Positions 9,702-18,510 of a stretch of DNA of 47,416 nucleotides are shown piece after piece. The notes beneath the pieces were generated by a model that saw nothing but the letters and a program-made list of their open reading frames with translations, ran no database searches and was not told where the DNA came from. The first letter of the stretch is position 1. Each line of letters starts with the position of its first letter. Both the position numbers and the translations under genes were made by a program. The stretch lies in NCBI GenBank assembly GCA_031414595.1, contig JANNVX010000102.1, positions 1 to 47,416 of the forward strand, read 5' to 3'. Source of the stretch: Deinococcales bacterium (lineage in GTDB: Bacteria; Deinococcota; Deinococci; Deinococcales; JAAFIG01).

Positions 9702-10043
9702 ATGAAACGAATCATCGGCATTATTCTCGGTACAACCGCATTACTGGGTTGTAACAATCCAACCATACTTCCAGTCGGCACAACCTGCCCAAGTACAATA
9801 GAAATTTCTAGCACAGCCAATGCCTACTTAACCACATCCTGCACCTTAAAAGTCGGAACGCCAATCACCATCCAAGCCCGAACAGGACACCCTTTATCTG
9901 GAAACGGTGCTGGACAAAGTAAAACTGGAGCAACCACCGACCAAGTTATTGCCTTTGCTAGTGCTGGAACATTCAATTTTAATTGTGATTTCCACGGCAT
10001 TGGCATCGGCACAATGAAAGGCAGTATCACCATCGTCCAATAA
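9702..10043 (+). CDS. Small cupredoxin (type-1 blue copper)-like lipoprotein
   Basis: Lipobox LLGC; His in GHPL; C-terminal CDFH...MKG type-1 copper ligand loop. Confidence 0.75.
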   Translation: MKRIIGIILGTTALLGCNNPTILPVGTTCPSTIEISSTANAYLTTSCTLKVGTPITIQARTGHPLSGNGAGQSKTGATTDQVIAFASAGTFNFNCDFHGIGIGTMKGSITIVQ

Positions 10044-10096
10044 GCAACAAAACAGCAAAAAGATAAGGTTCAACGCAACAACTAAAAACTCAACGT

Positions 10097-10146
10097 CAAG
10101 ACTCGAGGACAAAACGCAATCATAACGCCTCGAGTCTTGCTAGAAT
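10097..10146 (+). promoter_or_regulatory. gcvT promoter: 12-bp inverted repeat followed by a -10 box (leaderless)
   Basis: CAAGACTCGAGG (10097-10108), N19, CCTCGAGTCTTG (10128-10139); TAGAAT 10141-10146, 7 nt before the ATG. Confidence 0.55.
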
Positions 10147-10153
10147 AGATGGT

Positions 10154-11233
10154 ATGACAACCCTAAAACAGACTCCACTTCATGGCACTCACCTCGAGTT
10201 TGGCGCTCGGATGGTCGAATTTGGTGGTTGGGACATGCCCGTGCAGTACGCTGGAATCATTGCCGAACATACGGCAGTGCGAACCAAGGCTGGGATGTTT
10301 GATGTTTCGCACATGGGCGAGTTTGTTGTAAGCGGAAAACAAGCCCTCGAGTTTTTGCAGTACGCCTGTGCCAACGACGCAGCCAAACTCAAAACAGGAA
10401 AAGCCCAATTTAGTATTTTACTAAACGAATCTGGCGGCGTGGTGGATGATGTTTATGTCTATCGCCTCGAATTAGAAGCCTTTATGATTGTCGTCAATGC
10501 CAGCAATGTCGAAAAAGACTGGGCGCACCTTGAGCAGATTGCCGCAAAATTTGATGTGACCTTTGAAAACCGCTCTGATGACAACGCCCTGATTGCTGCC
10601 CAAGGCGCAATGGCAGCCGAATTGCTCGAACCAGTAACCAGTGCAGATTTACAGAGCTACCGCAAAAACAGTGTCTTCCCAAGTAAACTCTTTGGTATAG
10701 ATGTGCTGATGGCACGAACTGGCTATACTGGCGAGGACGGCTTTGAAATTTTTTGCGCCCCAAGGGAAGCCGCTTTTTTATGGAAAGAACTGCACAAAAT
10801 TGGTTTTGCAATGTGCGGCTTGGGCGCACGCGACACGCTGCGGCTCGAGGCGGGTTTACCGCTTTATGGGCATGAGTGGAATGATGACAGCAACCTGCTC
10901 GAGACACCGTTCACTTGGGTTTCTAAAGAATACAAAGATTTTATTGGGCGCGACGCGATGCTGGCTAAACCCAAAACCAAGATGCTGCGCGGCATCCGCA
11001 TGATTGGACGCGGCATCCCAAGGGAACACATGGATGTTAAATTAGCGGGAACAGTGATTGGGCAAACCACCAGTGGCACTCAAAGCCCAAGTTTGAAACA
11101 AGGCATAGCGCTGGCATATTTACCAAAAGAACTGGATTTTGGCACAAGGGTTCACCTCGAGATTCGCGGCTCAGATGTAGAAGCCGAGATTTGTGAGCCA
11201 GTCTTTATCTCGAGAAGCAGCCCGGGGCAGTAA
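10154..11233 (+). CDS. gcvT: Glycine cleavage system aminomethyltransferase T
   Basis: FGGWDMPVQY, FDVSHMG, RTGYTGEDGFEI, GLGARDTLRLEAG. Confidence 0.97.
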   Translation: MTTLKQTPLHGTHLEFGARMVEFGGWDMPVQYAGIIAEHTAVRTKAGMFDVSHMGEFVVSGKQALEFLQYACANDAAKLKTGKAQFSILLNESGGVVDDVYVYRLELEAFMIVVNASNVEKDWAHLEQIAAKFDVTFENRSDDNALIAAQGAMAAELLEPVTSADLQSYRKNSVFPSKLFGIDVLMARTGYTGEDGFEIFCAPREAAFLWKELHKIGFAMCGLGARDTLRLEAGLPLYGHEWNDDSNLLETPFTWVSKEYKDFIGRDAMLAKPKTKMLRGIRMIGRGIPREHMDVKLAGTVIGQTTSGTQSPSLKQGIALAYLPKELDFGTRVHLEIRGSDVEAEICEPVFISRSSPGQ

Positions 11234-11234
11234 A

Positions 11235-11429
11235 ATGGGAGAAAATAAAAAGAAGCGCAAACAAATCTCGAGTATGCTAGAACGCATTGCCGAACACGAA
11301 CTTAAAATTGCTGATGAACTCAGAAACGACCAACCTGACTACATTTTAATCGAAGGTTGGGAACACGAAATCAAGATTTGGCGCAGGGATATTACTCAAA
11401 AACTCAAAAGATTACCAGAAGGGAGATGA
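11235..11429 (+). CDS. Small basic helical hypothetical protein
   Basis: ATG 1 nt after the gcvT stop; 64 aa, MGENKKKRK...IAEHELKI...WEHEI. Confidence 0.65.
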   Translation: MGENKKKRKQISSMLERIAEHELKIADELRNDQPDYILIEGWEHEIKIWRRDITQKLKRLPEGR

Positions 11430-11433
11430 AGCC

Positions 11434-11631
11434 ATGATGAACACCAAAGCCCGACTGCTCGAGGACTTAGAAACCGCCGCACAGCGCATCCTAAACCGTA
11501 TCGCCGAAATCCGAACTGCCAAAACAGAAGATGCTCGAGAAAACGCAGAAGCCGACCTTTATGCCGATTCGATGGTCATGCGCGAAAAAAGTAAAACCGT
11601 AGCCAAATACCTCTCGAGCGACGCGAATTAA
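11434..11631 (+). CDS. Small helical hypothetical protein (partner of the upstream ORF)
   Basis: 65 aa, RBS GGAG, 4-nt gap after the previous gene. Confidence 0.65.
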   Translation: MMNTKARLLEDLETAAQRILNRIAEIRTAKTEDARENAEADLYADSMVMREKSKTVAKYLSSDAN

Positions 11632-11651
11632 AAAATTAGAGGGATTACTTT

Positions 11652-12056
11652 ATGGAAAATACCACCCAAGCACAACTCCAAAACATGGCTCGAGTCATGG
11701 GTATTGCCAGTGGCGCAAAGCAAGTGATTTTATTTGGCAGCACCGCTAGAGGCGAAGCGACCCAAGACAGCGACTTGGATTTTTTACTCGTCATGCGAGA
11801 TGAAGACTGGAAGTGGAACGGCAAAACCTTAGAAAAACTCGAGCCTGCCATGAAAGCCCGAGAAGCAGTCAGAGAAACAGGATACTGGATGCCATTAGAT
11901 GTATTGTTATTACCCGAAAGTCGATACAGAGACCCTAATTCGTATTTAGCAAGTGAAGTCCAACGAGACGGCATTGTTTTGTTTGAACAAGGAGAAAATC
12001 ATGCCAGCACCGTACTACGCGCCTATGCTCGAGGAGAATTAGGATTGGAGGGATAA
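11652..12056 (+). CDS. MNT-type minimal nucleotidyltransferase (antitoxin-like)
   Basis: ILFGSTARG...DSDLDFLLV...PLDVLL. Confidence 0.9.
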   Translation: MENTTQAQLQNMARVMGIASGAKQVILFGSTARGEATQDSDLDFLLVMRDEDWKWNGKTLEKLEPAMKAREAVRETGYWMPLDVLLLPESRYRDPNSYLASEVQRDGIVLFEQGENHASTVLRAYARGELGLEG

Positions 12057-12065
12057 GGAGTCCAT

Positions 12066-12224
12066 ATGCGATTAACCGCCGTTTTAACCAATGCCGAAGA
12101 AGGAGGATTTATTGCTTTTAACCCAGAAACAGGCACAACCACCGAAGGAGAAACTGTACAAGAAGCGATTGACAACTTAAAAGAAGCAACAACGCTGTAT
12201 CTCGAGGAGTTCCCAACGAGGTGA
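12066..12224 (+). CDS. hicB: Short HicB-family antitoxin (52 aa), orphan
   Basis: Hand-translated MRLTAVLTNAEEGGFIAFNPETGTTTEGETVQEAIDNLKEATTLYLEEFPTR; RBS AAGGAG; close paralog of 30144-30347. Confidence 0.8.
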   Translation: MRLTAVLTNAEEGGFIAFNPETGTTTEGETVQEAIDNLKEATTLYLEEFPTR

Positions 12225-12228
12225 AACC

Positions 12229-12456
12229 ATGAGCGTCAAAGATAAGTTACTCGAGAAAATAGAAACCATGACCCAAGCCGACCTTGAATGGTTAAGTTCG
12301 GTACTTGAAGCACACGATTACCCGGATATTCGAGTAGATTATGGCGAGGCAAAACGATTAGAAATGATTGATATTCTCGAGAAACTAGGCGCACCAAACG
12401 ACACAGACATGACCGACTTCAACAATTCCATTCAGCGTCGCCCTTGGAAATCATGA
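12229..12456 (+). CDS. Small acidic antitoxin-like protein
   Basis: 75 aa with RBS GAGG; its stop overlaps (ATGA) a short downstream ORF stub. Confidence 0.6.
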   Translation: MSVKDKLLEKIETMTQADLEWLSSVLEAHDYPDIRVDYGEAKRLEMIDILEKLGAPNDTDMTDFNNSIQRRPWKS

Positions 12457-12504
12457 GACACATATTCATAGCAAAAACCAACTATCAGATTAAAGGAGAT
12501 TTTT

Positions 12505-14334
12505 GTGATTAGGTATGAGGTAGGAATTGTTGTGGCAACTACGCGTGAATTGAATGCAATCAAAGGTTTATTTAAATCTGGTTACACTGAACATCGTTTA
12601 GGTTATGAATATGAAATAGCAGGGGGCGGACAAACTTTCATAGGGTATCTTGGAGAGATTTCCAATTGCACTATTTTAGCAATCAAAGGCTTAAAGCAGG
12701 GGAGTGTTCATGCAGCAATGGCTACACTTCAATTATTACGAGAAGGCAGACCACAACTGTTAATTTTAAGTGGGATTGCAGGTTCATTAAGTGAGTCTAT
12801 ACAGCTAGGCGATGTTGTTTTTTCTGATAGTATTTACGCATATGAATACAAAAAAATTCTAGATGTTGAAAATGAAATTTCAGAACAAAGTGAAGCAAGA
12901 GTCATTGAGAGTAGATTTAGTGTTATTAAGTCTTATTGTGAAGAATTCATCAAAGAGAGAAATAAGGAAGTGAGTGAAAAGCCTAGATTTCACTTTGAAA
13001 AAATAGCATCAGGTTCAAAAATAGTTGCTTCCAAAGCTCTAAAGTCAAAAATGGGTGAAGTTGAAAGGCAAGCAAAAGCTGTAGAAATGGAAAGCGAAGG
13101 CTTTGCAAGTGTAGCCGTGGTTGAAGACATACCTTTTTTTGTGGTGAAGGCAATATCAGATTTCGCAGGGAAAGATAAAGTTGAAGGTTTCGCTCAAAAC
13201 GGTACTCAAGATACTGCTGTAAGTAATTCGGCAAACGCAGTTTCCTTATTTATTGAATTTATTAGCGAAAAGTTACGTTGGATAAAAGAAAAATCGCAAA
13301 TGGCAGACTCTTTCGATGTTTTTATGCCGAAAAACGAAGAAAAAAGTTTTATTGAGCTAATTGGTTACACTCCAAGTATCAAAATTGGTGATTTTGATAC
13401 AAAATGCCAAGTGTTTCCCGAGACTGCTTTCAAAAATCCGAATCAACATATCTACACTGATTTCGGAGTAGAGTCGAATAATAAACTAATCTTTCATATG
13501 CTTGAAGATACAGCAACATTAGAAGCTTCAAAAGATTTTTTTACAACTCTCGAAAAGATATTGACAGAAAACAAGGAGTATATTGAATACGAGAAATTTG
13601 TTTCGGCAAACCAAAATGTGAGAGATGGCAATAATCAGTATCCGAGACTAATACACAAACCTATTGAAATAAACGGTAGTTTACATTTAATTTTAGGGAA
13701 GAATAATTTTTTTATTACAGATTTATCAAGTAGAATTCCAGCATTTCCCAACTTAAGAAGTTTCATGCAGGAACATATAGTCAATTCATTAGCAGTTAGA
13801 GTTTGTTTGGTCTTTCAAGAATCTAATCAAAAAATTATTGCCTTTCAAAAACGAGGAGAGAGCAACTCCACCTATTCGGAAGCATGGGATGTTGCTGCTG
13901 CTGGATATATTGATCCTATTAAGCATATTCATAATGAATACAAAAAACTTAGTGCGTATGTTACTGCTCGAAATGAATTAGTGGAAGAACAAAATATAGA
14001 GTTTCTTGATTTACCAAACCAAGAAAGATTTAGTTTTTTTGGGATTTGCAGAATGGAATTGACTAATAGTTTTGATATTATTGCCCTTTGTGAAACTGAT
14101 CAAGATATTGGCAGGCATAGATCACCTCGTGAATCAGTAAAAAAAGTATCAGAATTTGGATATTGTGCGTTAAATCCGAAAGACGTAGCGGATTTTATAG
14201 CTGAAAAGAAATATTGGATTCCCGGAGCAATCATATCTCTTTATATGACTCTTCGTTATTTTGGTTTTTCAAATGAAAATATTTTAGCCGAATTTTCTCC
14301 AATCATTAATCAAATAAGAATTTCTCCGGATTGA
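12505..14334 (+). CDS. PNP/MTA-SAH nucleosidase domain fused to a Nudix-like domain
   Basis: N-terminal LSGIAGSL, LGDVV, IASGS, AVEMES, KAISDFAG. C-terminal FQKRG...AWDVAAAGYID...ARNELVEEQNI. AT-rich, no CTCGAG. Confidence 0.85.
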   Translation: MIRYEVGIVVATTRELNAIKGLFKSGYTEHRLGYEYEIAGGGQTFIGYLGEISNCTILAIKGLKQGSVHAAMATLQLLREGRPQLLILSGIAGSLSESIQLGDVVFSDSIYAYEYKKILDVENEISEQSEARVIESRFSVIKSYCEEFIKERNKEVSEKPRFHFEKIASGSKIVASKALKSKMGEVERQAKAVEMESEGFASVAVVEDIPFFVVKAISDFAGKDKVEGFAQNGTQDTAVSNSANAVSLFIEFISEKLRWIKEKSQMADSFDVFMPKNEEKSFIELIGYTPSIKIGDFDTKCQVFPETAFKNPNQHIYTDFGVESNNKLIFHMLEDTATLEASKDFFTTLEKILTENKEYIEYEKFVSANQNVRDGNNQYPRLIHKPIEINGSLHLILGKNNFFITDLSSRIPAFPNLRSFMQEHIVNSLAVRVCLVFQESNQKIIAFQKRGESNSTYSEAWDVAAAGYIDPIKHIHNEYKKLSAYVTARNELVEEQNIEFLDLPNQERFSFFGICRMELTNSFDIIALCETDQDIGRHRSPRESVKKVSEFGYCALNPKDVADFIAEKKYWIPGAIISLYMTLRYFGFSNENILAEFSPIINQIRISPD

Positions 14335-14435
14335 GTTCTTAGTGTATTTTTGATAGTTAATTTGCAATTCAAATCTAAGGATTCTGCAAAGTACCAAAAC
14401 CTCAAATCTTGACAATAATCACAAAGGAGTAAATC

Positions 14436-14816
14436 ATGAACATCCCATCCGACCTGCAATACCTCAAATCCCACGAGTACGTCCGACTCGAGGGCGACAT
14501 TGCCACCATTGGCATTTCCGACTTTGCCCAAGACCAACTCGGCGATGTTGTCTACGTCGAACTGCCCGAAGTTGGGCGTATCGTCTCGAGCAACGAAGCT
14601 GTCGCCGTAGTCGAAAGCGTCAAAACCGCTTCGGATATTTACAGCCCTGTCTCTGGTGAAGTGATTGAAATTAACTCGAGCCTGACCGATGAACCAGAGA
14701 ACATCAACGCCGAACCTTACGGCAATGGATTCCTCTTCAAAGTCCGTGTCACTGACACCTCGAGCCACTTGCTAGACGCTGCTGCCTACCGAGAAGTTGC
14801 CGAAGCCGAGGCGTAA
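14436..14816 (+). CDS. gcvH: Glycine cleavage system H protein
   Basis: [19 protein letters not shown]; lipoyl-Lys motif VESVKTASD. Confidence 0.98.
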   Translation: MNIPSDLQYLKSHEYVRLEGDIATIGISDFAQDQLGDVVYVELPEVGRIVSSNEAVAVVESVKTASDIYSPVSGEVIEINSSLTDEPENINAEPYGNGFLFKVRVTDTSSHLLDAAAYREVAEAEA

Positions 14817-14853
14817 GAGCAGATTGGGCTAGAAGAAAAACAGCAATGCCTCA

Positions 14854-14968
14854 CAACTCCCCCACTCTCGTTCCTCGAGTTTCCCCCTCCAAGAGGGGGG
14901 CTTAAAGTACCAGACCTTGACTTTTGAACCCCTCTTGGAGGGGTCGAGCCTAAGGCGAGGGGGAGTTG
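14854..14968. repeat. 115-bp nested palindromic element (REP/MITE-like)
   Basis: Outer IR CAACTCCCCC/GGGGGAGTTG; inner IR CCCCTCCAAGAGGGG (14884-14898) / CCCCTCTTGGAGGGG (14929-14943). Confidence 0.75.
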
Positions 14969-14984
14969 CCCCAAAGGAAAACCG

Positions 14985-16307
14985 ATGAAATACACGCCAC
15001 ACACCCCTGAAGACATTTCCCATATCCTAAAAACAATTGGTGTCCCGAGCGTAGACGCGCTTTTTGATGATTTACCGCTCGAGATTCGTAATCCCAAAAT
15101 TGATATTCCAGCAGGTCTGGACGAACACGGTGTTCTCGAGCATATGAAGGGCTTGGCAGCCAAAAATACCAGTCTCGAGGCTGCACCAAGTTTTCTGGGT
15201 GGAGGAATGCGTCATCATTTCCAGCCAAGCGCCGTCAATGCACTGACCTTCCAGAGTTCGTTTGTGACCGCTTACACACCCTATCAACCCGAAGTTTCGC
15301 AGGGCGAATTACAAGCCATGTTCGAGTACCAGAGCATGATTGCTGCCCTGACTGGTTTGGATATTTCCAACTCGAGTTTATACGATGGCGCGACGGCTGT
15401 AGCAGAAGCGGCACTACTGGCGATGCGCCAAACCAACCGCAGTACAGTCTTGGTCTCAAGGGGCGTACACCCTGAGTACCGCGAGACTCTGGCTACGTTT
15501 CTCGAGTGTGTGGATGCCAAATTGGTCAATCTTGAACTCGAGGGGACAACCACCATTTCGCAAGCCGTTGAGCCAGACATTGCGGCGGTGATTGTGCAGA
15601 ATCCAAATTTTCTTGGTTCGCTCGAGGATATGAAAGCGCTGGCGGCAAAGGCGCATGAGGCTGGGGCGCTTTTTATCGCCGTAGTTGACCCGCTTAGCTT
15701 AGCAGTGGTGCAAGCCCCGTCTGAGTACGGCGCAGATATTGCTGTCGGTGATGGTCAAGTGATTGGCAACGCTGCAAATTTTGGTGGTCCTGCGTATGGT
15801 TTTATTGCGGTCAAAGATGCCCTGATGCGCCAGTTGCCCGGGCGGATTGTTGGAGCAACCAAGGATGTAGACGGCAAGCGCGGTTTTGTTTTAACTTTGC
15901 AAGCTCGAGAACAGCATATCCGCCGTGCTAAAGCCAAAAGCAACATCTGTAGTAACCATGCACTGATGGCGTTGCAAAGCTCAATTTACTTGGCTTCGCT
16001 TGGACCGAACGGCTTACGAGAAGTGGCAACGGTCAGTGCGGTTATAGCTCGAGAACTCGAGGCGGCATTAAATCGGGTTGGTCTCGAGACAATCACAACA
16101 GGCAAATACCTGAACGAATTTGTAGTCAAACTTCCTAAGCCCGCCGTAGAAATTCGGGCAGCATTGTCCGTCGAAGGCGTACATGGCTGTGTCCCAATTC
16201 CGCTCGAGTATGGGTTTGGCAATGCTGGTTTGTTCGCGGCAACTGAATTAACAACTTCGGGTGACATCGCCAAACTCGAGCAGGCATTACTGGAGGTTTT
16301 AGACTAA
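14985..16307 (+). CDS. gcvPA: Glycine dehydrogenase (decarboxylating) subunit 1
   Basis: TAYTPYQPEVSQG, LQAREQHIRRAKAKSNICSN. Confidence 0.97.
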   Translation: MKYTPHTPEDISHILKTIGVPSVDALFDDLPLEIRNPKIDIPAGLDEHGVLEHMKGLAAKNTSLEAAPSFLGGGMRHHFQPSAVNALTFQSSFVTAYTPYQPEVSQGELQAMFEYQSMIAALTGLDISNSSLYDGATAVAEAALLAMRQTNRSTVLVSRGVHPEYRETLATFLECVDAKLVNLELEGTTTISQAVEPDIAAVIVQNPNFLGSLEDMKALAAKAHEAGALFIAVVDPLSLAVVQAPSEYGADIAVGDGQVIGNAANFGGPAYGFIAVKDALMRQLPGRIVGATKDVDGKRGFVLTLQAREQHIRRAKAKSNICSNHALMALQSSIYLASLGPNGLREVATVSAVIARELEAALNRVGLETITTGKYLNEFVVKLPKPAVEIRAALSVEGVHGCVPIPLEYGFGNAGLFAATELTTSGDIAKLEQALLEVLD

Positions 16308-16342
16308 ACTATGTCTAAGAAATTGAGCATGGATGGTGTAAA

Positions 16343-16669
16343 ATGAAGGATTACCATATCAACCTTTTCTTTCACGAAAAAAGCAATTGTTGGGTGGCTG
16401 ACTTACCCGACTTTCATTACTGTTCGGCATTGGGCGACACGCCATTGGAAGCCTTACAGGAACTTGAGATTGCCAAAGCACTTTGGCTCGAGGCTGCAAA
16501 GGAAAAAGGACATGAAATCCCTGAACCAAGGTATCGTCCGGCAATTTATTCGGTGTTTAACAGGGTAGAACCATTAAAAGTATCGGCAAAGAAACCTTCT
16601 GTTACCAAAAAAACATCTCCGAAAATCCAAAAGAAACGTGTTGCAAAACAAATCGTAGCTGCTCTGTGA
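16343..16669 (+). CDS. hicB: HicB-family antitoxin with basic tail, orphan
   Basis: WVADLPDFHYCSALGDTPLEALQEL...IPEP. Confidence 0.85.
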   Translation: MKDYHINLFFHEKSNCWVADLPDFHYCSALGDTPLEALQELEIAKALWLEAAKEKGHEIPEPRYRPAIYSVFNRVEPLKVSAKKPSVTKKTSPKIQKKRVAKQIVAAL

Positions 16670-16678
16670 AGGTCTTAA

Positions 16679-16999
16679 ATGTCTAAAAAAGCCAAGCAAA
16701 TCTCTAAACCAATTCTCGAGCCGATGCCACCCACCACGGCTGCCTCGAGCGCACGTTCTTTATGGCGACGTAATGGTTTATTTTTTGCGATTGGGTTTTT
16801 TGTTTTGGCTAATGTTTTTTTATTGGCAATGGATAGCAAAGTGATTGCACCTACGGCTTTTGGAATGATTACGTTTCTGACGATTTTTTCTATTACTACG
16901 GCAATCACTTATGGTTTACAGTATTTGCAAGTCAAGCGCAAAGCCCAACTCGAGGCTTGGTCGGAACGTAAATGGAAGCTCTGGCGTGAAGGTTTTTAA
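16679..16999 (+). CDS. Small two-TM membrane protein
   Basis: Two hydrophobic helices; co-directional within the gcv operon. Confidence 0.7.
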   Translation: MSKKAKQISKPILEPMPPTTAASSARSLWRRNGLFFAIGFFVLANVFLLAMDSKVIAPTAFGMITFLTIFSITTAITYGLQYLQVKRKAQLEAWSERKWKLWREGF

Positions 17000-17014
17000 T
17001 AAAGAGGTGTACCT

Positions 17015-18505
17015 ATGAATGCAGTTCTCGAGAAACAAGACATCAAAATAAGCAACGATTTTCCCCTTATTTTTGAACGTTCTAAAACAGGTCGGCGTGG
17101 TGTGATTCCGCCGCAAGCCGCCAAAGCCCAAGGCGTGAAGCTGGGGGAGTTACTGGGCGAAGAAAACTTGCGGGTCTCGAGTTTGCCGCTTCCAGAAGTG
17201 TCCGAACTCGATTTGGTGCGGCATTATACGGGTTTAGCCAACCGTCAGATGAGTGTCGATGCCAATTTTTATCCGCTTGGAAGTTGCACCATGAAGTACA
17301 ACCCAAAGGTCAATGAAGTTGCTGCCGCATGGTTCACCAGTTTGCATCCGTACCAAGACCCAAGCACGGCTCAAGGGGCGCTCGAATTGCTGTTTAATTT
17401 GGCTTCCGACCTCGGGCAGATTACGGGCATGGATGCCGTTACCTTGCAACCAGCCGCAGGAGCGCACGGCGAATTTACAGGCATCCTAATGATTCGTAAG
17501 TATTTTGAATCAAAAGGCGAACTCGAGCAGCGCCGAATTGTGATTTGTCCAGATGCGGCGCATGGCACAAACCCTGCTACGGCTGCCATGGCTGGCTTTA
17601 CCGTGGTCGAAGTTCCAGGCAACGAACGTGGTGAAGTGGATTTTGAGGCACTCGAGGCGGCGCTTAACCCAAATGTGGCTGCCATCATGTTGACCAACCC
17701 AAACACACTGGGAATTTTTGAAACGCGGATTCTCGAGATTAGCCAGAAAGCCAAAGCCCTTGGAATTCAACTTTATTACGATGGCGCGAACACCAATGCA
17801 ATTGTGGGCAGAGCGCGTCCGGGCGATATGGGTTTTGATGTGATTCACCTCAATTTGCACAAGACTTTTACCGTGCCGCATGGCGGCGGTGGTCCTGGAA
17901 CGGGTCCTGTCGGGGTAAAAGCCCACCTCGAGCCATTTTTGCCCACTCCAATCATTGCAAGGGCAGCCAATAACTTTGTTCTCGAGTTTGACCGTCCGCA
18001 TAGCATCGGACGGGTCAGGAGTTTCTATGGCAATTTTGGCAATCTAGTACGGGCATACACTTATATTCGCAGCCTTGGTGCAGAAGGGCTACACGATGCC
18101 TCAAGCATGGCGGTATTAAATGCTAATTATTTGCGGGTCAAATTCCAGCAAATTGGTTTTGAAACTGCCTATAACCGAGTCAATATGCACGAATTTGTAG
18201 CTGTGCCGCCCAAGGGCATGAAAACCTTAGATTTTGCCAAGGCGCTCCTAGACTACGGCATTCACCCGATGACGGTTTACTTTCCACTGGTGGTTTCTGA
18301 GAGCATGATGGTTGAACCGACCGAAACCGAGAGTTTAGAAACCATGGACAGGTTCGCCGAGGTAATGCAGGAAATTCTTCTAAAAGCCAATGCCAATGCG
18401 GGTTGGCTCGAGAATGCGCCGTATAACACTGTGGTGCGGCGTTTGGACGAAGTGCTGGCAGCCAAAAAGCCGATGCTGACCTATCAGAAACTTTCAAAAA
18501 GCTAA
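17015..18505 (+). CDS. gcvPB: Glycine dehydrogenase (decarboxylating) subunit 2
   Basis: YPLGSCTMKYNP, QPAAGAHGE; PLP-Lys motif HLNLHKTF. Confidence 0.97.
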   Translation: MNAVLEKQDIKISNDFPLIFERSKTGRRGVIPPQAAKAQGVKLGELLGEENLRVSSLPLPEVSELDLVRHYTGLANRQMSVDANFYPLGSCTMKYNPKVNEVAAAWFTSLHPYQDPSTAQGALELLFNLASDLGQITGMDAVTLQPAAGAHGEFTGILMIRKYFESKGELEQRRIVICPDAAHGTNPATAAMAGFTVVEVPGNERGEVDFEALEAALNPNVAAIMLTNPNTLGIFETRILEISQKAKALGIQLYYDGANTNAIVGRARPGDMGFDVIHLNLHKTFTVPHGGGGPGTGPVGVKAHLEPFLPTPIIARAANNFVLEFDRPHSIGRVRSFYGNFGNLVRAYTYIRSLGAEGLHDASSMAVLNANYLRVKFQQIGFETAYNRVNMHEFVAVPPKGMKTLDFAKALLDYGIHPMTVYFPLVVSESMMVEPTETESLETMDRFAEVMQEILLKANANAGWLENAPYNTVVRRLDEVLAAKKPMLTYQKLSKS

Positions 18506-18510
18506 AGATA

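Noticed and set aside
10044-10153. Glycine riboswitch upstream of gcvT
   Set aside because: No aptamer motifs are visible and the -10 box lies 7 nt from the ATG.
11235-14430. Integron cassette array
   Set aside because: No integrase and no recurring attC-like palindromes between the small genes.
14310-15163. Antisense and alternate-frame ORFs in the track (e.g. 14310..14768, 14786..15163, 46812..47210 and many others)
   Set aside because: They are shadows of well-supported genes or repeats, with no recognisable motifs or start signals.
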